From Balanoglossus misakiensis (taxonomy: Eukaryota > Animalia > Hemichordata), in NCBI GenBank assembly GCA_040954595.2, contig CM082583.2, forward strand, positions 12,810,987 through 12,874,986: a stretch of DNA of 64,000 nt. The letters run 5' to 3'. Under the pieces are notes generated by a model. That model made no database searches. It was not told the DNA's origin and saw only the letters and a list, made by a program, of their open reading frames with translations. Positions 12,191-24,500 of the stretch are shown piece by piece. Position 1 is the stretch's first letter; every line of letters begins with the position of its first letter. The position numbers and the translations under genes were made by a program.

Positions 12191-12257
12191 ATAACCCTTT
12201 CAACATTACCATAGAAAACAGTGGGTGTGGAATGAACCATGGTGGTGAAAGGGTTAA
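12191..12257. mobile_element. Short piggyBac-like MITE remnant (TTAA-CCC ends)
   Basis: ataaccctttca...aaccatggtggtgaaagggttaa. The same end recurs at 12782-12803 and, inverted, at 43856-43900. Confidence 0.5.
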
Positions 12258-12557
12258 AACCAATTCTTTCACACAATGGCCACAGCCAGCCAACTGTGGC
12301 TGGATTCAAATGACTTGGAAGGTATAATGGTGGTTTAAAAGTACTCTTGCAACACATTTCTGCTGCCTTCCATTTCACGAGATAAAAGTGTGGCCGAACA
12401 GTGCCCCCATATGTTTGAACAATAATACAAATGTAGTACATGTAATATGAAACAGTTATGCGGATACATGTATGGTTGGCCCAGAGTGTAAATGGCATTT
12501 CATTTGACAAAGTACACATTGTCATACACACCTCATGTTTGATTTTACTTGCCTATA

Positions 12558-12575
12558 TAGCGCCCTCTATAGTTC
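12558..12575 (-). promoter_or_regulatory. CTCF-like motif between the TTLL 3' end and the glycosyltransferase
   Basis: Minus strand ctatagagggcgcta resembles the CTCF core CCACTAGAGGGCGC. Motif match only. Confidence 0.3.
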
Positions 12576-15500
12576 AGCCCACAGTCTGTGGTTCATCCAA
12601 ATGAAGCTTTGCCTCTAGGCTATGTTTTCTCTCGAGACCAAGACAGATGAGTTTTGTTCGAGCCATCCTCTGTGTTTAGCGCCCAACTAACACACCATCA
12701 CATCTGGCACGGGTTCACCCTGGGCCCATTTCAAGTTGTTTTCTGAAGCTTTATCGTAAACTGTGTTATATATTTGAATAAAACCATGGTGGTGAAAGGG
12801 TTAGTTGCACACACAGAAAACGACAGAGGGGAGACAATCATTATATTCCATAAGAAGTGTCTTTATTCAGGAAAACTGCAAAATATGAAGTCTGTGAACA
12901 CTCACTGGCAAAGAAACAACATCACAATGAACTTGTGAAAAAAGCACAGGAACACAAGAACAGAAAACTTGGGGGGTAAATGATTTTTCTCTCTGTACTG
13001 TTGAGATTTGACGATGAGGTGTTCAAAATATCAAGAAACACACAACATGTATAGATTTCAACCGGGTGTTTTGCACAGTAGTCTACAGAGAATATATGAT
13101 CACCAGTGTTGAAATGTGACAACAAGAAATATTTGTCTGTTCATTTCAAATCCACCCTCAGAGAATTCACAGCTGATGCACTGTTGCTTTTTCAGAACAT
13201 TAAAAATACTGGCTTCAGAAGTTAATATATGTTGATATGCATGTTACAGCGGTACCTAGTCTGGTTTTGATGTCGTTCACTTGAGAAGTGTTCATCACTA
13301 CTTAGACTCCTTTCACACTGACAACTTTACTCACAACCAATAAGAGGTACAATAGGACGGAATTTAACGAAAGAATGTGCAGTTTCTCCACTCATAAATC
13401 TAAGTGTCTTTCAGCTCATAATTACAAGGGTGTATCAAGATGGATGGGACATGATCAGGTCTCCACAATATCAGAGAGAGAGAAGCAAAAATATAAAATG
13501 CTAGGAATATTCCAATTTACAATAATACTGGTACACTTTGAAAAAAAAATCCATGCGACTGAACAAGCAGGAACAAATGATCATTTTCCTGAACAATATT
13601 ATGTCATGGCAATACAAGGATATAACTTGTTATGTATATTTTGAAGATATACACCAATGACCGGATAAAAATCAGGTTTGTTCTTGTGCTGCCATGGGTT
13701 CAAGGTGTTTGGTTTTGAATATTTTGTAAATACAGTCAAACATGACTTCTGCTGGTAGCCGTGTGTGTTGAATGTTCTGCTGTCACTTAATTCAATTAGA
13801 GTGATCAAAATTTGATGCCCCACTATACGCTTTGTGTCCAAAAACCTATTCTTCAATGAATGTAGCTGTATCTGCATGCATGTTACTATGGTAATGAAGG
13901 AAAACAACAACAAAAAACATGCACAAAAAACAACAGAACATAACAAATCACATCTGATGTCATAACTGACAGAGTCACGTTATATTTGTGGGCACAAAAA
14001 CAATGGTGGGTGCATTTTCAAACAAGAATTGCAAATACAAAATCAAATGTTACTTATTTTAGATTTTGGGCTGCACTGGAAGCTGTGTTCATGAAATATA
14101 ATGTCTCTCTGGCTGATGAAAGCAGACCGTGCATACACAAAATCATTTTTTCATGATTGGTTTTGATCAATGTGGAAGACTACACTTACTTCTAAAAGCG
14201 TAATATCTCCTTTGCTTTGAGGATAAATATGTGGCATAAAAAAAAACTGTCTTCAGTTTTACAGTCAGTCAGTATTTACAACCAAGAGAACACCTCACTG
14301 ACTAGGTGATCATTTTCATTGACAATCAACATGAGAAGTATCTTCATCAACTCATAAGCAGTGGTGAAAAAAATCTACAGTCTGTTTCTGCCCTTTTAAC
14401 TTTGTTACTACATTTATATTCATAGTAGACATTTTGTTGTGATGAATGAGCTCTGGCTTGTTCCGGTGGACGTAAACTAGTTAAGAATATAAAACAGTTT
14501 TCCCAGACAAGGGAAGCTACATTCTGGACGGATTTATAAAAATTATGTTAGACAGACAGGATTACTTTTGTATCAGCCAGCTGTGCACCCCCCTGTCACA
14601 CTCTCATAGTTGTTTGACCCTGCTCCTTGAACTGGGTTGGCTGCAACTTGTTGAATGGATGGATGTACAAAGGTAAAGGATGCCCAGCTCTATCTGATGC
14701 TCATATGATAATCACCACTCGCCTTATAAGCCAAGCAGGAATATTCAGTGTCCAGAAATTACTGATCAACCGTGATCCTCCCTCATGACTGTTATTCACA
14801 AAGAACATTTATGTGGCTGTGCTGTGTGAACTGCCTAAGCATCTTGGATAATCAACAGTTCAAAGGTCGCAGAGATGAATCTTCTCTGCATCTTGTGCGG
14901 CTGACACTAAGAATTAAAGCTATATTTATCATCATTTTTAAAAAAATGTCTCTTGTCTCTGCAAATACAAAGCACACAAACCACAATGTCCCAAAAAGTC
15001 CATAAAAATATACAAAATATTCTGCAAAGGGTATTGTTTTTTTTTACATATTATATATCCAAGATTACAGTTTGAAAAAAATTAGCGATATTTACATCAG
15101 CTTGGTAAAATTTATGTACAAATTAACACCATTGCATATACCTAATAATATTCTTAGATTTCCAATTGTTTTAGCTCTAATTTGTAAGATCAAGAACATC
15201 GTCAATTTAGACTGTAATCCACGTTAAAAAATACTTTACACTCTTTTAATACACACAATAAAAGTGTCAAGTTAATAAAACTTCTCTTCCACACCAATCT
15301 GTAAATAAAATTTCAAATTACAATAAAACTACAGCTAAGTCTTAGATAACACAGATCCATCGGTTGGTACCAGGTATGTGGCAACTGGTATCCCTCCTCC
15401 TTCCAAATGTTTCTAGTTTTTGGAATGGTTCTGAGTTGAATACTGGTGAATACCCTCATGTAAGGGTCACTCAGTTCTTCAGCAGTTTTTTTTTCTCCTC

Positions 15501-15592
15501 TTTTCGATATTCTTCAGTGTCATTAGGTTTGAGAGACATGCACGTCACGTTTCCGGCTATTCTTGCGCATCTTCTGAACACTCAAGACTTCA

Positions 15593-18500
15593 TCAACTGA
15601 GAACAACTGCGTGGTTTTCCCGGAGTTCCAGTTGCTGTCGTGGGAGGGTTCGGGAAAGGAAATAAAAAAAGAGAAAAGAATAAAGAGAAAAGGAGTGGAG
15701 GATGTTCAAGTTACGAGAGAAAATTATCAACATACTCTCTCTTGTAACTTCAATATCTACTGCCACACACAGAAAAACGTGGTATTAGTTGACTACACAG
15801 GACAGAAGAGGTGGACAGAGATGCAAAGTGCTTTTATAATAGTCAGTTTTAATTGATTGCTAGACTGGCCCCAGTAGGTGTGTTGTGGATGATTTTGTAA
15901 GGTATGGGTTTGACCAGAACAAAATCACATACGCTTCCAAAACCATAGTTGAACACACAAACTGTGACAGACAGTGACTGTGAGACACACAGCATCAACC
16001 AGTGCATTCATTTCTTCACTCAATAAATGTTTGATCTACTATTATCAAAAGTGTTCTCATATTACATAAAAAATCTTGTAATTCAGTATGGAGTAATTTT
16101 TTGATCAATTTGATGGAATGAGAATGACTGGTTTTCAGCAGTGTGGCACATCGAAAAAAACATAAAGACAGACCACAGGGATTACGATGAAATGGTGTGA
16201 CAAACACAGAGGACAGCGGACAAATTATAAAACTGTGTGTGGATAATATGTCTGCATAGCAAAGCATTCCATCAACATAATTCCAGGCTGCAATACAGCT
16301 TACATACCACAAGTGATGTCTCTCAAAACTTCTCAAAATAAAACATCTGCACCAACCATTTCTGTCTTCCCAGCAATTTCAAAGCCATGTATGCATCGAC
16401 CTGAGGAGACCTCTTGCAACCTCCTATCTGTTTTCTTTTTTTATTTATTTATTTTTAAATAAATAAAAGTGCAATTCCCAATTTTCTTTTTTTTAAAACA
16501 GGAGAGACAAATTTCACTGGTGCATTTTGGAAATATGCAACACTGAGGAAATCGTTCAGCATGAAAATTACTACTGATGAACAGGCCTTGCTATGCAGAA
16601 TTCTAAATCACAAGATATAAACAGATTTCCCCATTATAAAACCAGATGAACTTTTGATTCGTCAAACTCGGCCAATTTTACATTATAAGATCACACTGAA
16701 AAAATGTAAAGTTGGCCTGCTGACAAATACATCATGCTGAAGATTTTGTGATTGTCATATTTTTCCCTTCGGCTGTAAATGTACATTGATGAGTATTTTT
16801 TTACAAGTAAGCAATTCTCACCTTTAATCTGAGGTTATTAGAGGCTCCTCTTATTCTTTGAGACTTAGTGGACCTGAAATGTGAGTTGATAGGTTATTCT
16901 CCATGGCCAGATGATTTGTGTGTTTGGATGAAGTGATTTACAGCAATGGCAATTCTCTGCACACAGTGCATCATCAGTCATCCATTGATCTTCAAAATCA
17001 CAGAGACTTTCGCAGATTCTAAAAGACTGTTTCTAGAATTCCCGGGACTCTCCAGAAGAGCGTATTAACCCCGGAGACCAGATGACTGATTATGCACCAT
17101 GGTGATGAGGAGCAAGATGTTACCGTGGAGATATGCGAGATGTGATAAGATGTGATGGAATTAAAATATTAAATTTCACATGATAAAAAAAAAGACAGAA
17201 TATGTAAAAAAAAAAATCCCAAGAAGGGTAATCTGCGTTTACTCTGCATGTGACTAGCTGAAAGTAGAAATGTGCTCGTTTTACTGCTGATGTACAACAC
17301 GCACAGTATCAAGAGAGTTGGCACACACAGACTGAATGTATACACACACTAAGCATGCATCCTAGAACATGTTCACAGACAATGGCACAAATGCATACAG
17401 CAACACTTCACACCAGTACATTATATCTTGATCATATTCTGTTTCTAAGACAGGTTTTTACATTTGGGGATAAATTACGTCAGAAGTGCCAAAGATTTCT
17501 GTTCGGTTTGTGCGAAACTGAGAACAAGGGAGAAATAAGAGACTTGTACTAAAAAGAAACTGGAAGAAAAAATAAGCAGAAGCAACAATGGGTCATGCAT
17601 GCAAGGGGATCTACGTGTCCTGACATGTGGATGTGAGAATAAAGATAAGGGGTATCAGGACGATCAAGTGTTATTGTAGGATTCCACTGGTACCTCTAAT
17701 AATTCCATAACCATATCTGTCTGATGGTGTGGACACTATCATAACTCTGAAAGTCCAATTGTGATAAAATGGGGGCAAAAAGAATCAAAAGTGATGTTAG
17801 TACGAGACCTAGCTAAACCCTCTCACCCCACTCTCAAAAAACATCTTCATCCATACCACTGCAACAGCACTCAACCAAAAATTTAGAGTTGTGAGGGTTT
17901 AAAAAAAGAAAAATAAGTTTATTGTAACCCTCACTGTCTAATGGTAGTAACTTTCTGCATTTTCCCCTGTGATTTTGTATTAAAATGAAAACTGGTTTAA
18001 CAGAAGGAACCTGAAGATTTGTGAGACCCATTTGCAGATTCTTTTCAGAATTATGCCAAAGACAACATTGTCAGTGTGTCTGTGTGCAATCATCTCACCT
18101 TAAACTTTCAACAGCCGATGACGATCCTTCTTTTCCACTGCCCTGTCTGACATGGAGGCTAGGAGACGCCAGTTCTGGTCGCTGGACGACGGGGGCGGGG
18201 CCCGACACCACTGAGAGATTCAGAGTGCTGCCCGGGGCTGGGTTAGACGTCATCTTCAGAATATTCGGGAATGTGTACACCTCACTGGTGATGTAGCCAT
18301 TGGGCATTGTACTCGATATGTTACTTGGTGCGTTGGAGTTGCTGTTTGAATTGATCAACCTTGCGTTCAGCTTGGATTGTGAACCTGCAAGGGGGAAACG
18401 GAATCAGTTACATGGTGCAGACGACAATTACACAATTATCTACTAATTACGTCAAAGGTAGATCACACTATTGGTTGATCTACATGTACAGTATGTAAAG

Positions 18501-21500
18501 TTAAATTCACTACTGAATAAGCATGGGTGGAACAGAATCCCAGTCAAACAAACCTGAATTCTGTCGCTGACCGGCATTTGCACTGAGAATCCTCCTCGGT
18601 TGTTGAATGTTTCCCTGCGGCTGAGTGGAACAGTCATTACACCTCCAATCGCTGGCTGCACTGGACGGTTGACTTGTGATGTACGAGTTGGTCCTGGAGC
18701 CCAGTCCGGAACTGCGGGAATCAGCATCCACCAGATTGGCCATGTGCCTCCACTCGCTCTCGGGCATAACGCTGCTGATGGTCTTGTTGTGTGTGTCTCG
18801 CAGCGAGGTGAATCCCTTCCTGGGTACGAAGCGGTGACGCTGTGCCAGTGTGGCTGGAACGGTGTTCTGTGATGATGGCATCACCTGGCCCAGCACCCGA
18901 CTGTTGCGGCCCAACGAGTTCTGCCACTGGTTGCCCAGAGAGGAGACCAGTGCCCCATGACTGCTGTACATGTGTGCCTTTGTGTTGGTCACAGCATTGC
19001 CCTGAAAGAGAAGCCGCCATCATGTCACATGCAAAAAAAAGGCAGGCAGGCAAACATCTGACACAAACTACACAAACACATGCAATACAGAGATGTCTGA
19101 TCACCACGGCAATGCAACGACTGATAATGACGTCTCTGACATGCAGCATGCAAAGGGACACCAGCAAGCCGCCATCCGATCTGCATTTTGTCCCCAAAAC
19201 GCACTTAGACTTAAACATGTAGATGGCAGATCTTTAGGGACAAAATGCAGAACAGGACACAAAAGTGAGGCAGCTTCCTGAGTTCCCCAACAAGAAAGGT
19301 CTCTCCACATTGTGAAAAGAATCAAGAAACCAGAGAGCATTCATTGACACGTAGAAAGGAAAACAAACTATTCGTCATACAGAAAACAGTAAAGAATTTA
19401 CACAGTGTGGAGGAAACCAGAGATGAGATAGAGCTGAGACAATCTATAATATAAGTTCCAGACCATCAACTTGGTTCACAGTGTCTGACAGCGAAATGAC
19501 AGTACAGCAGAACCTTTCCATGTCAAGATAATGCCAAATGGAGAACAAGCACCAGAGCTGACAACTCAGTGATCTGAGATGCATTTCTTTTGTAAAATTA
19601 GCACTTCTGATTCTAGCAAGGAGTCTTTCATTAAATTTGTCATGGGGAGGTTCTGATGTTCACAATTCTATGGGCCAAGTGCATTCATAGCAATCGAAGC
19701 AGACAGGGAAAACGAGAACAGAGATCTGTAGGGGTAGAAACTATAAAAGCAAGCCATATTAGTAGTACATGTACACACATTAGAACACATCAGCACACAA
19801 AAATCTGCAATCACAACCGATATTAAAAAGCAACACACAGCACACGATTTTTACTGCAAATTATGTCAGATAGCAATAAAATCACCTGCAGCATGCCATG
19901 TGAGCTAGAACTGGTGCCGTTTATCTGTTTCAAGCCACCACCCAGCTCGGATGACGTGTTAATGTTGCTGTGCTCGCTAACGTTTAACTGACTGGGTTTG
20001 TTGTTGTGGCTGATGTTGTTGTTGTCGGCCTGTTGGCTACCCTCAGCCTGCATGCAAAAAACATGAAATGTGGACATGCCTTCTCTGTTACTTTTAAATT
20101 ACGAAAACCCATGCACGGATACAAATACGACACAACTGGGCATTAGATGTCATGAGATGACATGTGATCACGATATTCTAATGGCCTGTCCCGTTCCCAT
20201 GTGAGAATGTAAAAACGAATTAAAATACACATGATTGTTATAACGGGTAATGGAGCCCATGCAAAAGCAAAGTATTACATACCGTGGGGACAAATGTAGT
20301 GGACCTGCAAATCAAGGGGCCACTGACGGTCTTTTCATGCAAAGAGAATACCACAACCATTAAAATGTTATCAATGAACCAATTCTTTTTTTTCTTAAAA
20401 TCAGTTTTTTATGACTAGACTACGTAGCTACATTGACTTAACAATTTAACACTACAGTTCCCATTAATTAATTAATTAACCATGAGACATGCACCGATGC
20501 TAGAAAAAACCAATGCCTTAAGTTTAACACCTCACTGACACCCAACAAAGCCAGCCATGCAAAAGCAGAGACGTAAGAGATAACAGTTTTAATAACTACT
20601 GATGTTTACCCTGTTCTAGCTCACCTGACACCTGACCTAAAGTTCACTAAACTGTATACACATTATGATTTACCTCAGTCCCTCTCTGACGCTGCTTCCC
20701 AGCATCCAACTTCCGGCATTTACCACATTCCTGGCACACGACTACCTTTCCTAACCTGTTCTCTGCATCCGTGTCATCTACTAGCTCGTCACCGCTATCG
20801 GCTGGGCTATTCTCTGGGGACTTAAATGTGGTCTCTGCCTTCTTGTCTGTGCTGTCACTACTATCCTTGGGTCTGTCTGATTTATTCGTTTTGAACTCAC
20901 AAGAAGCTACTCTGAGGATGCTTTTATCTCGTTTGATGAGTTCGTTCAGCTCCTTCTCTGCCTGGTAGAAGTGGGGACTCTTGTCTACAATGTTCCCGAG
21001 TGGGATCGGCTCGAGATGGTCTAAGAGGGGGTTTCTCTTGCCGTACGGCCATCGTTTGCTACTACACCTGGGGCTAACAGCTCGTTTCTGGCCTACACTA
21101 TCGTTGTCCTCCCCGCCTCTCAGCTGTCTAGTGTCCTGCATCAAACATAAGCAATATGTCTCTTTTTTCACCTGTCTAATTGTAAATCTAACTTGACTTG
21201 TATATTCATTGGTGTAGTAAGTCTGGGCTGTAAAAAATCTTCTACTAGGGAGACAGACTACAGACTATTGCACTGTAGATGGTGCTATTACACGTTGACG
21301 TCTAGATCTCATGCGGTGCCTTGGGGGAGGCATTATGCATGCAAAGAGGTTTTGGTGCAACTACGGCTGGAGACAGAGAAGAAGTCTCGACTTACATTTG
21401 GCTGTCTGTCTGCGTTCTTCATGACGCCCACCGTGCCTGGAGTACAATGTAATAACCTGTACACGTGTTCTACGACACCGAGGCCGCGTACGAGGTTGTC

Positions 21501-24500
21501 ACGTTGCAGCAAGGCACTGATGCGCTCCAACTCTTCTTCCTCGCAGATGTCCAACGGAGTGGTGGTGTCGATGGGTTCCCAGTCCGACGCTCGCGTTGGT
21601 GTGCTTGGCTGTTTGGGGGATTCAAAAAGCCATATCAAAAGTTAGTGGAGTTATGAATATTTTAGTCATACAGTCAATGCTAAATTTACTTAAAAAATGC
21701 ACATTATCACACCTGACTTACATCGCTGTGCGACCTCGTTTGAGTAAGTCGTCTGGGCAACGGCCTGGTGACTGGCCTGGGCCGTCGTTTTGTGTTTGGA
21801 CTTTCAGGCCTCATGCCATCTTTGTCCCTTCTCTCTTTGCCTTTCTTCAGCATACTTTCAAGTTTCTCTTGTTTCTGCCTAATTTCTTCTCTTTGTTGTC
21901 TGTTGTGGAGGGAAATCACAAAACAAGTTCAAGATTATTGGGCAAATAATCGCACCTAAAGAGTCACCTCACTGCTTCCTCCCTCCCTCCCGCTACTAGT
22001 CAGCATTTATGAATCATTTACCAACGTTCCCCTATCTTAGCAAAAACAGTGTCTGACTGACCTTGCACATTCTCCCCTTGCTTTGGAAGCAGCAGTTTCT
22101 TGAAAGAGCGAGCCACTGTGTTGGAAGAACTTGTCGTATTTCTCTGAGCCTTCTATCGGGTAGATCCTCCTGAAGTTGCCCATGTGCTTGTCTTCCCACT
22201 TCTGCATAACTTCGAGATAGTTGGCCTGGGACTCTTCAAATTCTTGTTGTCTGTCGACAGAACAAATGAGCGATAACGTGCACTCTTTAGACAGTGGAAT
22301 ACATTTTTCCTTGAAACAAAAGAATAGTTGACATCATGATGACATCTTCAGGGACATGAAGCAACGATGTACATACCTAACTTCTTTGGGTTTTTGTCTC
22401 TGGAACAACCTCTCCTTGACCTTTTTCCTTTCTTCATCAATGAACTTTTTGCGGTCGAAAGGAGTGAAGTTGAGGATGTTGTAAGTGTCATAGATGAGGT
22501 TTTCTTTGACCTCTTTGTCCAGAGGTGCATCTGTGTGAAAACTGGGCGAGTGGTTGACCTGTGTTTGGGAGAACAAAATTATCAACTTTAGACAATAGCT
22601 GACATTAATCTAGCCAATCGCAGACACGCCCTTTTCTGACCATATATGGGCATATGTAAATTACACGTGATTGTATATTACATTTAAGGGTTCAGAAACT
22701 GCAAGCACTCACTTCAAGAAGCCAAGGCTTCAACCTTTTATCGAGCAAGACATCAAAGCCAAGGATTTCAAAACAGGCACTGCCTTTCATGTGATTGGGG
22801 AAGCATGTCCTGTAGTTGTGTTTCAAGATAGGATGTGCTGATATCAGCGTCTTGATGATGACGTCATCGATGTCATCCCAGATCTTCTTCAAGTTGTAAC
22901 CGTTATCCTCAAACCACTTGTTGACTGTTGTAATTTTCCTGTGAAGCATGGATGATAATTATCAGTATCATGACATCGCTGATCAGTTGAACTAGTGAAC
23001 TAACAGCCTTTGAGGCAGTAGAAGGGAGCATGCAAGAAAATCGCATGTAATGAGGGAGAGGTCAGTATCTTCTACCATACCTTTTGCTTCCACTGTCGTC
23101 ATCCCTGATAAAATTATCACTGTGCTTATTAATTGCATAATTTGTGAGATGCATACAAGCTTCATCCTGGAAAGAGAACAGAATTGGAATCACGTTTTTT
23201 TAACTGGCAGAGTATATCGATTTCAAAGACACTTTGAGCTGGTTGGGATGGAGTGATGTGGCCATGCAGCGCCCTCAATCTTCCACTACAACAACTAGCA
23301 ACTGATGATGCAGAACAGAGAACTTACGATATTATGTCCGTTGGGTTCTTGGTACTTGACGGTGGCAAACCTGGCTAACCCATCAGCATGTACAAATATC
23401 CTAAACGGATCGCAGGACGTTACCAGCACGTAGATACGCAAATCAAATTTGAAATTATCTATGAGAAAAGGCTACAAGAAAAAAAGAAAAAAAAAATTAA
23501 TTAGTGGAATAAGTAAAAAGTACACAATACAATAACAATGACTTTCCAGGTGTACAGTTCATTTCTCCTGGACTTTCCTGCCATTTGTTTTTCTGTAAAA
23601 ACAGTCAATCGACTAACAGGGGGCCAGGCTTTTGGTGGAGAAACTATGCAACTATACATGTATGTTTACCTTGGAAATATACTGTTGGCATAACATGTGT
23701 TCTCCTGGTTTGATGTCTTTGGGATTTTTCGTCACAAAGATACCCTTTCCTTGGCACCCACTTTCTGGTTTGCAAATATACGTCTTGTTCTTTTTGGATC
23801 TACAGAAGGCTTGGTAGTCACCATAACTGCAAAAGATATTAGAGCATTGACATTTACACCTTATAATTTGCTCTATGGCACTGCATGAGCATCGCTGGTT
23901 GGATATTTTTTTTACAAAACTGGACATAACTCTGCTACTCACTCTGCTGGTAGACACCACGACCGAGGGAATACTGCAAACTCCTTTGGAAATAATTTTA
24001 AAAGCCTGTTCATGTTGCGAGCCAGTAGATCTTTCCTACAAATCTCACTCATGCCCGGGAAATGATTGATTTTCTGAAAGTTGAGAAAGAGCAGAATTAG
24101 TGTACACACAAGAATGGAATGTACTTATTTCATCCACTGACTGTTATGTTGGCACCATTTTATTCTTCTTATGTTGTGAAATCCGTCTTGATTTGATCAA
24201 GGTGAATAACATTTCCTTGAGAGAAGAAACCAATCTGACAGATAGCTCACAAATTACCTTTCTATACAGAGCTTTCCATTATGCTGTTAGAGTTAATACT
24301 TTGAGTATGTGCCACCTTATATGGAAAGCTTTTTCTCTGCGGTAATTGATTTTTCTTGCCAGAACAGGCCAACCAAAGCCACATTTAATTATACAGATAG
24401 AAAATATGCTTCCATTGAGGTTGTGCTATGGACCTGAACAAAAACACCTTTTGCACAAAATGAAATTATCTCAACAAAAGATTAAGAAAAAACAGGTCAG

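Noticed and set aside
11890-12531. 213-aa minus-strand ORF upstream of the glycosyltransferase
   Set aside because: Non-ATG start, no recognisable domain, runs through a MITE remnant, composition typical of AT-rich non-coding DNA.
16308-16346. 39-nt AG...GT segment in the last TTLL intron
   Set aside because: Contains an in-frame TGA and has a poor polypyrimidine tract.
20283-20304. 22-nt microexon using the inner ttgcag acceptor
   Set aside because: It shifts the frame; the 48-nt version from 20330 preserves it and is preferred.
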